A stretch of 64,000 nt of DNA from Geopsychrobacteraceae bacterium (GTDB taxonomy: Bacteria; Desulfobacterota; Desulfuromonadia; Desulfuromonadales; Geopsychrobacteraceae): NCBI GenBank assembly GCA_963662315.1, contig OY759353.1:3168001-3232000 (forward strand), in the 5' to 3' direction. Every line of letters begins with the position of its first letter. Position 1 is the stretch's first letter. Below the pieces are notes generated by a model. It was not told the DNA's origin. It searched no databases and saw only the letters and a program-made list of their open reading frames with translations. A program made the position numbers and the translations under genes. Below are positions 1-11,866 of this stretch, in pieces.

Positions 1-783
1 GTAGGGGGACATACAGGTATCGACGATATCTACACCAGCTTCAATGGCCTTAATCTGGGTCATGTTGGCCATACCTGAGGTCGTGTGGGTGTGCAGATGC
101 AAAGGTATTGATGGTACGGCGGTTTTGATGGCACGTACCAGATTGAAAGCATCGTAAGGAGCAATCAGGCCTGCCATGTCCTTGATACAGATTGAATCAG
201 CGCCAAGCTCTTCAAGGGCTTTGGCTTTTTCGACAAAATAATCAAGGCTGTAAACGTTGCCACCCATGCGTGGTTCGGTCATGGTGTAGCAGATACAGCC
301 CTGAAAATGTTTCCCTGCCGCTTTAATGGCCGGAACAACGGTGCTGAAGTTGCGGTAATCGTTCAGGGCATCAAAGGTACGGAAGATATCCATGCCGTTT
401 TCAGCGGCCCGCTCAACAAAAGCTTTGGCGACGTCATCAGCATAATTGCGGTAACCGACCAGATTCTGGCCACGCAGCAACATGGAAAAGGGGGTGTTTT
501 TAATATATTTTTTCAAGGTGCGCAGACGCTCCCAGGGATCTTCCCCAAGGAAACGGTGCATGGTATCAAAAGTGGCTCCACCCCAGGTTTCGATGGCCCA
601 GAAACCGATTTGGTCCAGCATTTCAGCAACTGGAATCATATCCTCGGTACGGCCGCGGGTGGCAAACAATGACTGATGGCCATCGCGCAAAGTCACATCC
701 ATGACTTTGATCGGGTTAGCGGCCGCGGGACGATCTTTGCCGTAGTTCATGTCAGTAAGGTTTAATTGACAGTGCTCGCTCAT
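1..783 (-). CDS. Carboxyltransferase 5S / pyruvate carboxylase subunit B / oxaloacetate decarboxylase alpha family (3' end runs off the window)
   Basis: Manual translation from ATG at 783 gives MSEHCQLNLTDMNYGKDRPAAANPIKVMDVTLRDGHQSLFATRGRTEDM, and later SICIKDMAG and LHLHTHTTSG. These are hallmark DRE-TIM carboxyltransferase motifs. Missing from the ORF track because it is truncated by the window edge. Confidence 0.9.
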   Translation of the reverse strand, partial: MSEHCQLNLTDMNYGKDRPAAANPIKVMDVTLRDGHQSLFATRGRTEDMIPVAEMLDQIGFWAIETWGGATFDTMHRFLGEDPWERLRTLKKYIKNTPFSMLLRGQNLVGYRNYADDVAKAFVERAAENGMDIFRTFDALNDYRNFSTVVPAIKAAGKHFQGCICYTMTEPRMGGNVYSLDYFVEKAKALEELGADSICIKDMAGLIAPYDAFNLVRAIKTAVPSIPLHLHTHTTSGMANMTQIKAIEAGVDIVDTCMSPY

Positions 784-820
784 TATGTAATTGCCCTTCT
801 CTTTTCAATCAAAAAGCTGG

Positions 821-1003
821 TTAGCGGTATGCTGCGAATTTCATGACACTGCGTTGCAGAACCATTTTGCGCTGCTGGATCTGCCCGACGCGGCCGGCAC
901 GGTTCCAGGCCTGAGTGCGGGAAACATCAATGTGCTGTTGTTCAGCTTCGAGATACGCGGATACGGCGGCCATTGCTGCTGCGAGTTTTTTGTTTTTGTC
1001 CAT
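821..1003 (-). CDS. Small (60 aa) putative acyl-CoA carboxylase epsilon-like accessory subunit
   Basis: MDKNKKLAAAMAAVSAYLEAEQ...AWNRAGR with an AGGA RBS. Lies between the two carboxyltransferase genes. The Ala-rich helix plus W-xx-AGR pattern resembles epsilon/delta-type subunits. Confidence 0.6.
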   Translation of the reverse strand: MDKNKKLAAAMAAVSAYLEAEQQHIDVSRTQAWNRAGRVGQIQQRKMVLQRSVMKFAAYR

Positions 1004-1187
1004 GGTGTTTATCCTTTTTTTGAGTGTTGTATGTTTGTGATGAATTTTTGTAATCAATATCGAAGGCACTGTCGCTGCCGCCCGCAGCTTGAGCTACCCC
1101 GGGCTTTTGACCCGATCACGTTTAACACTCTCTCGTTTTAATCGTTAATTACTGCATGTCCATGGATTGGCATCCCTGACATTCGGC

Positions 1188-2741
1188 TTACAGCGGAATG
1201 TTGCCATGTTTCTTGGCTGGACGCTGCTCACGTTTGTTACACAGAATCTCCAATGCATCGATCAGGCGGGCACGAGTTTCAGCCGGTTCGATAACGGCAT
1301 CAACATGGCCACGGGCTGCTGAGCAATAGGGATTGGCAAACTGGGTTTCATACTCTTCTTTACACTTCAGTCGCTCAGCGGCAGGATCTTCTGCAGCATC
1401 GATGCGTTTCTTGTAAATGATGTTGGCCGCGCCATCCGCACCCATTACGGCAATTTCAGCGGTTGGCCAGGCAAAAGCCATATCATTGCCAAGGTCTTTA
1501 GCGTTCATGGCCAGGTAGGAGCCACCGTAGTCTTTACGCACAGAAAGCAGCAATTTAGGTACTGTGGCTTCTGAGTAACTCCATAACAGTTTGGACCCAT
1601 GATTAATAATTCCTGACCACTCCTGATTGGTACCAGGCAGATAGCCCGGAACGTCGGCGATGGTCAATAATGGAATATTAAAAGCGTCGCACATGCGAAT
1701 GAAACGGCTGGCTTTGTTAGAGGCTTCAATGTTAAGGCAACCGGCCATAACCATAGGCTGATTGGCAATGATACCGACGCTGCGACCGTTAAGACGAGCA
1801 AAGGCAATGATGATATTGGTTGCGTAGTGCTCATGTGGTTCGAAGAACTCACCATCGTCAACAATGTGGGCGATCAGCTCTTTCATGTCGTAAGCGGCGC
1901 TCGGGCTGTCCGGAATGATGGTGTTCAGTTCCGGAATCAGACGTGCCGGATCATCATTGGTTGGATAGACCGGAGCTTCTTCCATGTTGTTGGAAGGCAG
2001 ATAGGACAGCAGTACTTTGATCTGCTCAATACAGTCAGCATCGTCTTCGCAGGCAAAATGAGCAACACCGCTTTTGGTATTGTGGGTCATGGCGCCACCA
2101 AGCTCTTCCATGGTCACTTCCTCCCCCAGAACCGCTTTGATGACGGCAGGTCCGGTGATGAACATGTGGCTGGTCTTTTTAACCATGAAGATGTAGTCGG
2201 TCATCGCCGGAGAATAAACGGCACCACCGGCAGCTGAACCCATGATCGCGGAAATTTGTGGAATAACACCGGAACTCAGAGCATTGCGACGGAATACCTG
2301 GCCATAACCGGACAGGGAGTCGACCCCTTCTTGGATGCGGGCACCACCGGAATCGTTCAGACCGATGATAGGGCAACCGGCTTTTTCAGCAAGGTCCATA
2401 ACTTTACAAATTTTAGATGCGTGCATTTCGCCAAGGCTACCGGCGCGGGCAGTAAAGTCCTGGGCGAAGGCGAATACGGGGCGGCCGTTAACATAGCCAT
2501 GACCGGTGACCACACCATCTGCAGGCACGTCGACTTTTTCCATGCCGAAGTTGGTGCAACGATGCTGAACAAACATGTCCAGTTCACGGAAAGTACCTTC
2601 ATCAAATAACAGATCAAGGCGTTCACGTGCTGTGAGTTTTCCTTTGGCTTTGTGCTTTGCGACTGCTGCTTCGCCACCCATCTGAAGAATTTTGGCCTGT
2701 TTTTCCTTCAATAACGCGATGGCATCTTCTGTCCTGCCCAT
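1188..2741 (-). CDS. Acyl-CoA carboxyltransferase (methylmalonyl-CoA carboxyltransferase 12S / propionyl-CoA carboxylase beta family)
   Basis: Motifs KLTARERLDLLFD, DSGGARIQEG, GGAVYSPA, DVPGYLPG and C-terminal KKHGNIPL; AAGGAG RBS before ATG 2741. Confidence 0.92.
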   Translation of the reverse strand: MGRTEDAIALLKEKQAKILQMGGEAAVAKHKAKGKLTARERLDLLFDEGTFRELDMFVQHRCTNFGMEKVDVPADGVVTGHGYVNGRPVFAFAQDFTARAGSLGEMHASKICKVMDLAEKAGCPIIGLNDSGGARIQEGVDSLSGYGQVFRRNALSSGVIPQISAIMGSAAGGAVYSPAMTDYIFMVKKTSHMFITGPAVIKAVLGEEVTMEELGGAMTHNTKSGVAHFACEDDADCIEQIKVLLSYLPSNNMEEAPVYPTNDDPARLIPELNTIIPDSPSAAYDMKELIAHIVDDGEFFEPHEHYATNIIIAFARLNGRSVGIIANQPMVMAGCLNIEASNKASRFIRMCDAFNIPLLTIADVPGYLPGTNQEWSGIINHGSKLLWSYSEATVPKLLLSVRKDYGGSYLAMNAKDLGNDMAFAWPTAEIAVMGADGAANIIYKKRIDAAEDPAAERLKCKEEYETQFANPYCSAARGHVDAVIEPAETRARLIDALEILCNKREQRPAKKHGNIPL

Positions 2742-3434
2742 CTTCACTCCTTATGCGTATAGCGCGGTTGAGTTGTCCAAGTAACAACGCTGCACTGATT
2801 GCAGTGTATTACGTAATAGACAACAAAAATCGATGACTTAAGTATTGACCTGTCAAGCGCTGCATTGTGAGGTCTGATATGACATCGGGGACAACACATT
2901 AAATACAGCAACATCGCTCGATCAATGCCAATGTCGGTTTCGCTTGGTACCAGACCTCTCTCAGGGTCAACTGGTAATGTCCAGATGGAGAATGTAAGCG
3001 ATTCTCATCTGTTTCTCGATTCCCGCCCGGAATACAGAACAGATTCTCAGCTCAAAAGAGCAATTGCATAGATAAATGAGTAGATGTCAATTTTTACACA
3101 TGACATTCAATGTGGCTGATAACGGGACGCTATCGGCCGAATAATTACATAAAATGAAAACATAAATAAAAGTTGTAAAAGAACAACGCAAAAGCAATCT
3201 AACAGGTTTGTTTAAAAACTGCAATATCAGAAATTGGTAAAACCATTTTTTTGTGATTTTTTTTCGTATTTTGAATATTTCGGTAAAAATGGCAGCAAAA
3301 TGCTAATTTATAATGCTTTTTTAAATTTATCTTTATCTTGGTTTTAAAGCTGTTTACACCCAAAATGAGCTGGCCTTACCAAAATAATCGAGTAAACTTC
3401 CAATGCCTCATGAAACATGATTATACCTAAATGA

Positions 3435-3462
3435 TTAAGGTGGTGCCAAGACACCACCTTAA
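3435..3462 (-). terminator. Stem-loop after eno
   Basis: TTAAGGTGGTG-CCAAGA-CACCACCTTAA, an 11-bp inverted repeat just past the eno stop. Confidence 0.6.
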
Positions 3463-3475
3463 AATTAACCTGAGG

Positions 3476-4780
<1,305 letters not shown>

Positions 4781-4813
4781 TTATAAATTGTTTATTCCTG
4801 GTTAGGTTTAAGT

Positions 4814-4910
4814 TTCCTTCTTCCTGGGGGAGAAGGTACCGCAGGCGGATGAGGGGGAAGTAAAAGTCGGATTTCCCCTTACCTCGGCCCTCTCCTCTAA
4901 GGAGAGGGAG
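4814..4910. repeat. Pair of inverted REP-like palindromic units between tpiA and eno
   Basis: CCTTCTTCC-TGG-GGGAGAAGG...GAGGGG faces CCCCT...CCCTCTCC-TCTAA-GGAGAGGG. Each unit has an internal hairpin. Confidence 0.55.
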
Positions 4911-4932
4911 TATTCGCTATGCTATGGCTAGA

Positions 4933-5685
4933 TTATTGAAAATGCGCAATACGGCTGAAGTCTTCAGCTTTCAGACTGGCACCTCCAACCAGGGCTCCGT
5001 CGATATTAGGCTGTGCCATCAATTCATCAATATTATCTGGTTTGACGCTGCCGCCATAAAGAATCCGGATCTGTTGCGATAGGGTTCGCCCATATAGAGT
5101 GCAGAGGATATCACGAATAAACAGGTGCACCTCTTCAGCTTGACCGCTGGTTGCTGTTTTGCCGGTGCCGATGGCCCACACCGGCTCATAGGCGATAACA
5201 ATTTCAAAGGCCTGCTGCGGCTCGATATCCTTAAGAGCAGCGATAATCTGTTGTTTAAGAATATCGAACATTTTGCCGCTTTCACGCTCTTCGAGGGTTT
5301 CGCCGATACACAGGATGGGCAGAATTCCGGCACCAAGCAGTGCTTTCATCTTCAGGTTAATGAAGGCATCTGTTTCACTAAACAGCTGACGTCTTTCCGA
5401 ATGGCCGACCAGGCAGTAACTGCAACCGGCATCTTTAAGTTGTCGCGGCGATATTTCTCCGGTATAGGCGCCATTGTCTGCCGGATAGCAGTTCTGGGCG
5501 GCCAGATTAATGGTGCTGCCAGAAAGTGTTTCTGCGACACCGGTTAGAGCGGTAAAGATCGGTGCTACGATCAGGTCAACATCTTTAAGATCGGCGAGGC
5601 TGGCTCCTAATTCATCGGCCAGAGCCACAGCTTCAGCGAGGGTTTTATTCATTTTCCAGTTGCCGGCGATCATTGGTTTGCGCAT
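4933..5685 (-). CDS. tpiA: Triosephosphate isomerase
   Basis: AGNWKMNK, GHSERR, AYEPVWAIGTG, YGGSVK, GALVGGASL. Confidence 0.98.
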   Translation of the reverse strand: MRKPMIAGNWKMNKTLAEAVALADELGASLADLKDVDLIVAPIFTALTGVAETLSGSTINLAAQNCYPADNGAYTGEISPRQLKDAGCSYCLVGHSERRQLFSETDAFINLKMKALLGAGILPILCIGETLEERESGKMFDILKQQIIAALKDIEPQQAFEIVIAYEPVWAIGTGKTATSGQAEEVHLFIRDILCTLYGRTLSQQIRILYGGSVKPDNIDELMAQPNIDGALVGGASLKAEDFSRIAHFQ

Positions 5686-5711
5686 GAGTCTTCTCCTGTC
5701 AGGCTCTCTGG

Positions 5712-6119
5712 TTATTTGTCGTTAAGGGTTGCAACCCCTGGCAGAATTTGGCTTTCCAGGAATTCAAGGGATGCACCACCGGTGGAAATATGGGTCATCT
5801 GGTCAGCGAGCCCCGCATTATTGACCGCTGCGACTGAATCACCGCCACCGATAACGGATACAGTTTCTGACCGGGCCAGGTAAGGAGCTACGAGGGTGAG
5901 GCTGTAAGCAGGATCAGGTTCCCCCTTAGGGTGGCCGAGGTGGGAAGCCAGGATCAGTTTTTCCTCCTGGTTCAGGATATGCTTGATGGTGGGCAGTGCA
6001 GCTCTGATGCGGGTATCGTCAGTAGCGGAATTTTCAGCGATGGGAGCATTGAAATCAACACGGCACAGGACTTTTTTGCCCCGACAGTCAATGGCCCCGA
6101 GTGACAGTTTATTAAGCAT
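5712..6119 (-). pseudogene. pgk: Phosphoglycerate kinase remnant with a large in-frame internal deletion (135 aa)
   Basis: The PGK N-terminus ([25 protein letters not shown]) is joined directly to the PGK C-terminus ([19 protein letters not shown]). A full PGK is about 400 aa. Several conserved residues are altered. Confidence 0.85.
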
Positions 6120-6160
6120 AGTCTAGATCCTTGAGTAAGGCCTGGTGGGTTCCAAGGAAA

Positions 6161-6188
6161 AGAGATGGCCCGGGAAAGGGCCATCTCT
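6161..6188 (-). terminator. Stem-loop/terminator between gap and the pgk remnant
   Basis: AGAGATGGCCC-N6-GGGCCATCTCT followed by a short T run on the minus strand. Confidence 0.6.
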
Positions 6189-6213
6189 GGCAACAGACAG
6201 GAGGGTCTGTTGT

Positions 6214-7227
<1,014 letters not shown>

Positions 7228-7278
7228 TCAAAAGCGAATTTATCTTGCGTACTCTCGTCTCTCTTGTTTAATCCTGCA

Positions 7279-8703
7279 TCAGGTTAATAGATGCACTTTC
7301 ATCAGATTGGTGGGGCAGGATTCCGCCGAGGGACTTCCCATGGTAATAACGGCAACGTCTCCTGCTTTTAAGACCCCGGCCGCTTTTGCCGTCTCGCACG
7401 CCATCTGAATCTGGGTTTCGGTCGTCCCGGTAGCGTTGGTCAAAAAGGCCTGGACGGCAGCATACAAGGCCAGTCTGCGCTGGACCTGAAGTGAAGGCGT
7501 TACGGCAAAAATAGGTAGTGCCGGACGGTATTTTGCTGCTAATGCTGCGGTAGAACCAGTCTGGGTAAACGCAACAATGGCCTGTGCATTGATATTTTCT
7601 GCGAGCCGGCAGGCAGCCTGACTGATCCCCTCGGAATAACAGCTGGAGCCGGAAGTATGGGCCAGGGGCTGAAACAGTCTGTTGCGCAGTTCTGGATCGA
7701 CTTCAACATCAAGGGCGACCCTTGCCATCAGGGTGACTGCCTGGGCCGGGTATTTACCGGCGGCTGTCTCAGCCGACAGCATGACTGCATCGGTGCCGTC
7801 AAGGATGGCGTTGGCGACGTCTGAGACTTCAGCCCGGGTCGGGCGTGGATGGTCGATCATACTTTCCAGCATCTGTGTTGCAGTAATGACTGGTTTGCCG
7901 GCTTCGTTGCATTTGCGAATAATCTGTTTCTGGATCAGAGGGACCTGTTCGGCGTTCATTTCCACCCCCAGATCGCCCCGAGCGACCATGACACCGTCAG
8001 TCATGGCCAGGATGGCGTCGAAGTTTTCTACCGCCTGGGGTTTTTCGATTTTGGAAATAACCGGAATGTCACTGCCTGCTTCATGGATGATTTTTTTCAG
8101 TTCACTGACATCGCTGGCCTGGCGCACAAAGGAAAGAGCGATGTAGTCAACCTTTTCCGCAATGCAGAACAACAGGTCGTTTTTATCTTTTTCGGTCAGG
8201 CAGGGCGCGGCGACGGCGGCACCGGGAAGGTTAATTCCTTTTCGGTCTTTGAGTGTGCCGCCAAACTTGACTTCACAGTGAACTTCATCGCTGTTGGTTG
8301 AGAGAACGCTAAGCTCCATCAGCCCGTCATCAAGGAGAATCCGCTCACCGACACTAACGCATTGCGGCAATTCAGGGTAGCAGGTTGGAATGACATTGTT
8401 CTCGCCAAGGATATCGCGACTGGTGATAGTCACCTGCTGACCCGGTGCCAGTAGCATGAACCCGTCTTTCAGTTGGCCGACACGGATTTTCGGCCCCTGG
8501 AGATCGCCAAGGATGGCAATCGGCTGGGCCAATTGCTCAGAGACAGAGCGGATACGTTGGATAATGGCACGTTTATCTGCATGATCGCCGTGGGAAAAAT
8601 TCAGTCTGAAGACATTTGCCCCACTGGATACGAGTTCCTTCAGCATCTCCTCTGAGGAGCTCGCGGGGCCGATAGTTGCGACAATTTTTGTGCGTCTGAA
8701 CAT
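7279..8703 (-). CDS. pyk: Pyruvate kinase
   Basis: RRTKIVATIGPAS, RLNFSHG, DLQGPKIR, VARGDLGVE, TATQMLESM, DAVMLSAETA. Confidence 0.97.
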   Translation of the reverse strand: MFRRTKIVATIGPASSSEEMLKELVSSGANVFRLNFSHGDHADKRAIIQRIRSVSEQLAQPIAILGDLQGPKIRVGQLKDGFMLLAPGQQVTITSRDILGENNVIPTCYPELPQCVSVGERILLDDGLMELSVLSTNSDEVHCEVKFGGTLKDRKGINLPGAAVAAPCLTEKDKNDLLFCIAEKVDYIALSFVRQASDVSELKKIIHEAGSDIPVISKIEKPQAVENFDAILAMTDGVMVARGDLGVEMNAEQVPLIQKQIIRKCNEAGKPVITATQMLESMIDHPRPTRAEVSDVANAILDGTDAVMLSAETAAGKYPAQAVTLMARVALDVEVDPELRNRLFQPLAHTSGSSCYSEGISQAACRLAENINAQAIVAFTQTGSTAALAAKYRPALPIFAVTPSLQVQRRLALYAAVQAFLTNATGTTETQIQMACETAKAAGVLKAGDVAVITMGSPSAESCPTNLMKVHLLT

Positions 8704-8887
8704 AAGGCGATTGTCCTCGCATAAATGGTGTTCTTCCGGAAAATCCGGAGGTCAATGAATATAGATTCTGGGGAGGAAGTGTTTATGTTTTTTGACCTTC
8801 AGAGCCTTGCAGCACTGATCATACGCTCAGTGAGCTGTATGACCGGCGCTGCAAGCAGGTCTGCCGAAAGGCGAATGACTGAGGTTG

Positions 8888-10501
8888 TCAAATAGCAACA
8901 GACAGGCGTTCATCCACGAGTTGCTGCTCTTCCTTGCAGCGCTCACTATCCCAGGCCAATTTTTCGGCCATTATTTCAATGACGCGTGGGGCGGCAGCGC
9001 TGGCGGCCGCTTTGTCAATCAGGGACAGCGGCAAGCGTCTGGTCAGAATGTCGATGGCGTGTACTGCATATTCATGGGCTGTAGCGTAAATAACTTCGGC
9101 TTCAATAAACGGATGGTTTTTATGCAACCGGTTTCCGTGCCCTTCTCTGGCCAAATCGGCGACCATGGCCGCACGATCACCATAAGCTTCATTCAGGTTG
9201 GCCGCGATATCTTGGTCGAGACCATAACCTTTTACCAGGGCCTTGTCCCCCTGCTTATCAAAGTTTTCCCCACCAACAACTGCAGTTTGGTTGGTCTGGC
9301 ATGGGCGTACGGTCCCAAGCCCGAAGGCTTTAACGGCTTGATTGACCGTATCTTCCGCCATGCGCCGGTAGCTGGTCCACTTGCCACCGACAATGGTCAG
9401 TAGTCCGCCTGGGCTCAATGAAATGACATGGTCACGTACCAGATTGGAGGTATCAGCTGCTTTCGGATCAGCGACCAGCGGACGAAGACCGGACCAGCTG
9501 GATTTGATGTCGTCGCGGGTGACCTTGATATCAAAGTAAAGGCTGACATGGCGCAGCAGATAGTCGATTTCGGCATCGGTGGTTTTGGGGTGCTCCGTAA
9601 TCTTGGCCGGATCGTCTGTGGTGCCGATTAGCGCGTGGCCTTGCCAGGGTAAAACAAACAGCACGCGACCGTCTTCGGTTTTGGGGATCATCAGGCCGTT
9701 TTCCGGCGGTGCGAAGCGTTTATCGAGAACCAGGTGAACCCCGGAACTGGCAGAAATGATCGGCTGGATGTTCGGATCATCCATCTTACGCAGATTGTCA
9801 CCAAATGGACCGGTCGCATTGATGGTCCCCCTGGTTTTAATCTGCCATTCTTCACCAGTGACCTGATCCTTAACGCTGACGCTGCTGATTTTGCCATTGG
9901 TTTTGTTGAGCTTGGTTACTTCAATATGATTGCCAATGACCGCGCCATGTTTTTCAGCAGTCATGGCCAGGGCGACAGCCATGCGGGCATCGTTGAATTG
10001 ACCGTCGTAGTAGAGAACGCCAGCTTTAAGCCCTTTGGCTTTGACTGATGGAAAGCGCTTGAGGATTTCACGACGGCTTAAGAAGCGGCTGTGACCAATC
10101 CCCATTTTCCCGGCCAGCATATCGTACAGTTTGAGCCCGGCAAATACCTGGGGAACATCAATCCAACGATACAGTGGGGTAACGAAGGCGATCGGGTGTG
10201 ACAGGTGGGGAGCATTTTTCAATAATACCCCGCGCTCGTGCAGCCCCTCTTTGACCAGATCGTATTGAGCTTTGTCCAGTCGTTTAACGGCTTTTTCAAG
10301 ATAGCGCACACCACCGTGAACCAGTTTGGTGCTGCGTGAGCTGGTTCCTTCTGCAATGTCATTCTTTTCCAGTAGGGCGACTTTCAGTCCGCGACCGGCC
10401 GCATCAACGGCAATACCGCAACCAGTAGCTCCGCCACCGATAATTACCAGGTCGAATGTTTCACCGGCTTGCAGGGACTTGAGAGTTTGTTCTCTGGTCA
10501 T
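8888..10501 (-). CDS. glpD: FAD-dependent glycerol-3-phosphate dehydrogenase/oxidase
   Basis: IIGGGATGCGIA, GTSSRSTKLVHGGVRYL, WSGLRPL, GGKWTSYR; GAGG RBS before ATG 10501. Confidence 0.92.
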   Translation of the reverse strand: MTREQTLKSLQAGETFDLVIIGGGATGCGIAVDAAGRGLKVALLEKNDIAEGTSSRSTKLVHGGVRYLEKAVKRLDKAQYDLVKEGLHERGVLLKNAPHLSHPIAFVTPLYRWIDVPQVFAGLKLYDMLAGKMGIGHSRFLSRREILKRFPSVKAKGLKAGVLYYDGQFNDARMAVALAMTAEKHGAVIGNHIEVTKLNKTNGKISSVSVKDQVTGEEWQIKTRGTINATGPFGDNLRKMDDPNIQPIISASSGVHLVLDKRFAPPENGLMIPKTEDGRVLFVLPWQGHALIGTTDDPAKITEHPKTTDAEIDYLLRHVSLYFDIKVTRDDIKSSWSGLRPLVADPKAADTSNLVRDHVISLSPGGLLTIVGGKWTSYRRMAEDTVNQAVKAFGLGTVRPCQTNQTAVVGGENFDKQGDKALVKGYGLDQDIAANLNEAYGDRAAMVADLAREGHGNRLHKNHPFIEAEVIYATAHEYAVHAIDILTRRLPLSLIDKAAASAAAPRVIEIMAEKLAWDSERCKEEQQLVDERLSVAI

Positions 10502-10558
10502 AATGAAAAACCTCGTTTGCGAAAGTGATAAGGACAAAGGTGGAAAGAAAACAATGTT

Positions 10559-10578
10559 TATGTTCGAAAACGATCATA
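10559..10578. promoter_or_regulatory. GlpR-like operator 1 upstream of glpD
   Basis: TATGTTCGAAAACGATCATA, a near-perfect match to the GlpR palindrome WATGTTCG-N4-CGAACATW. Confidence 0.75.
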
Positions 10579-10767
10579 AAAAAGATCTAAAATGTTTGCA
10601 AGCGAAAAAACAGCAATCAAAATGAAAATTTTATCCATAATTTTTAAAGTCGCCGCGATCATAGATAACATTATAAATAAAATAGGTGGTTATGGTGTCA
10701 TATAATGAGGTTGTTGGGCTCAATGAGGAGGGAGAAGGGATGTTGGTAAAAGAAATTGAGTTGGAAA

Positions 10768-10787
10768 AATTTTCGCACACGAACATT
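10768..10787. promoter_or_regulatory. GlpR-like operator 2
   Basis: AATTTTCGCACACGAACATT, one mismatch to the same palindrome. Confidence 0.6.
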
Positions 10788-10981
10788 TTAACATACCGGG
10801 ATGATTTTTAAATCGTCACGGATAAAATGGACTTGTCAGACGCTCATCAACATCGTTTGACTGCGGATTTAGCCCCGATCAGGTCGTGGGTTATATATGG
10901 ATAAATTGGATAAGATACTGAAAATGCATATAAAATTGACTGTATTGACGATGAGAAACTGAAATTTATGGACGGCGAGGC

Positions 10982-11018
10982 AAAAAAGAAAGCGGTGTTT
11001 CCTCTGGAAACACCGCTT
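10982..11018 (-). terminator. Intrinsic terminator of the spy/cpxP-like gene
   Basis: AAGCGGTGTTTCC-TCT-GGAAACACCGCTT with a T-rich tail on the minus strand. Confidence 0.8.
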
Positions 11019-11050
11019 GTAAAAGCTGCTATCAGCGATAGCGTAATGGC

Positions 11051-11629
11051 TTACCAGCGACCGCAGTTACTCCCCTTTGGGAAGCCTCCAACGGCAGAGC
11101 AATCACCTGTCGCCATTCTGTTGCCCCCAAATCCACGCCCTTGGGCCGGGAACAGGTTTTTTGCCTTTTCTTGTTGTTCAGGAGTCAACAGCGCATTTAT
11201 TTCCTGCTGCATCGTGGCGCGCTGTACCATCATGTCGGTTCTCATATCGGCCTGCTTTTGAGCTTCGGCGCGGAATTCTGCTTCATTAAAATCAGGTGCG
11301 TTGCGCATTGCTGCCAGCATATCGCGGCTGGCCAGCATTTTGGTCCGCAGGCTCTGGTTGTTCTGCCAATGCTGATCAAACAGGACGGTCAGCTTCGTCT
11401 GTTGATCAGTGCTCAGGTTCAGCATGTAGGTCATGCGCTCAATGCGTTGCTTGGTCATGGCCTGGTGCTGTTCCAAGGTCATCGCTGCCGGCCCTTGCCC
11501 TCTTGCCATCATGCCTTGCCCCTGTTGGCAATTGCCGCCACGGTAGTGACCACCGCCCCAGGCGAATACGCTGCCACTGGTAACGATCAATGCTATCAGG
11601 ATGGTTGGGATCATTATTTTTGTTTTCAT
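11051..11629 (-). CDS. Spy/CpxP-family periplasmic chaperone
   Basis: Signal peptide, LTxxQ-type motifs (LSTDQ, LLTPEQ), Gly/Met/Gln-rich termini; divergent from a CpxRA-like pair. Confidence 0.85.
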   Translation of the reverse strand: MKTKIMIPTILIALIVTSGSVFAWGGGHYRGGNCQQGQGMMARGQGPAAMTLEQHQAMTKQRIERMTYMLNLSTDQQTKLTVLFDQHWQNNQSLRTKMLASRDMLAAMRNAPDFNEAEFRAEAQKQADMRTDMMVQRATMQQEINALLTPEQQEKAKNLFPAQGRGFGGNRMATGDCSAVGGFPKGSNCGRW

Positions 11630-11718
11630 GATTAAGCTCCTTGTTGTCCGTGTTTAGAGTTGCTGAATGCTGATGATGCAACTATAGCGAAGAGAATCTG
11701 AAGTGTGGGTTAAGAGGT

Positions 11719-11772
11719 GTAAAGTTATGTAAAGTTGGAAAATCAGCTGGATAATCCTTAACATTTCTTTAC
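11719..11772. promoter_or_regulatory. Two CpxR-type boxes in the divergent intergenic region
   Basis: GTAAA-GTTAT-GTAAA on + (11719-11733) and GTAAA-GAAAT-GTTAA on - (11758-11772), matching GTAAA-N5-GTAAA. Confidence 0.75.
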
Positions 11773-11866
11773 AGCCTGAACTTCAGGAATTCGCTATGAT
11801 AGATAAAAACTCACGCCAGCTTGGAATCAAGACTCTTATCATGCTGGTTCCTGGGAGAAGAGAGTT

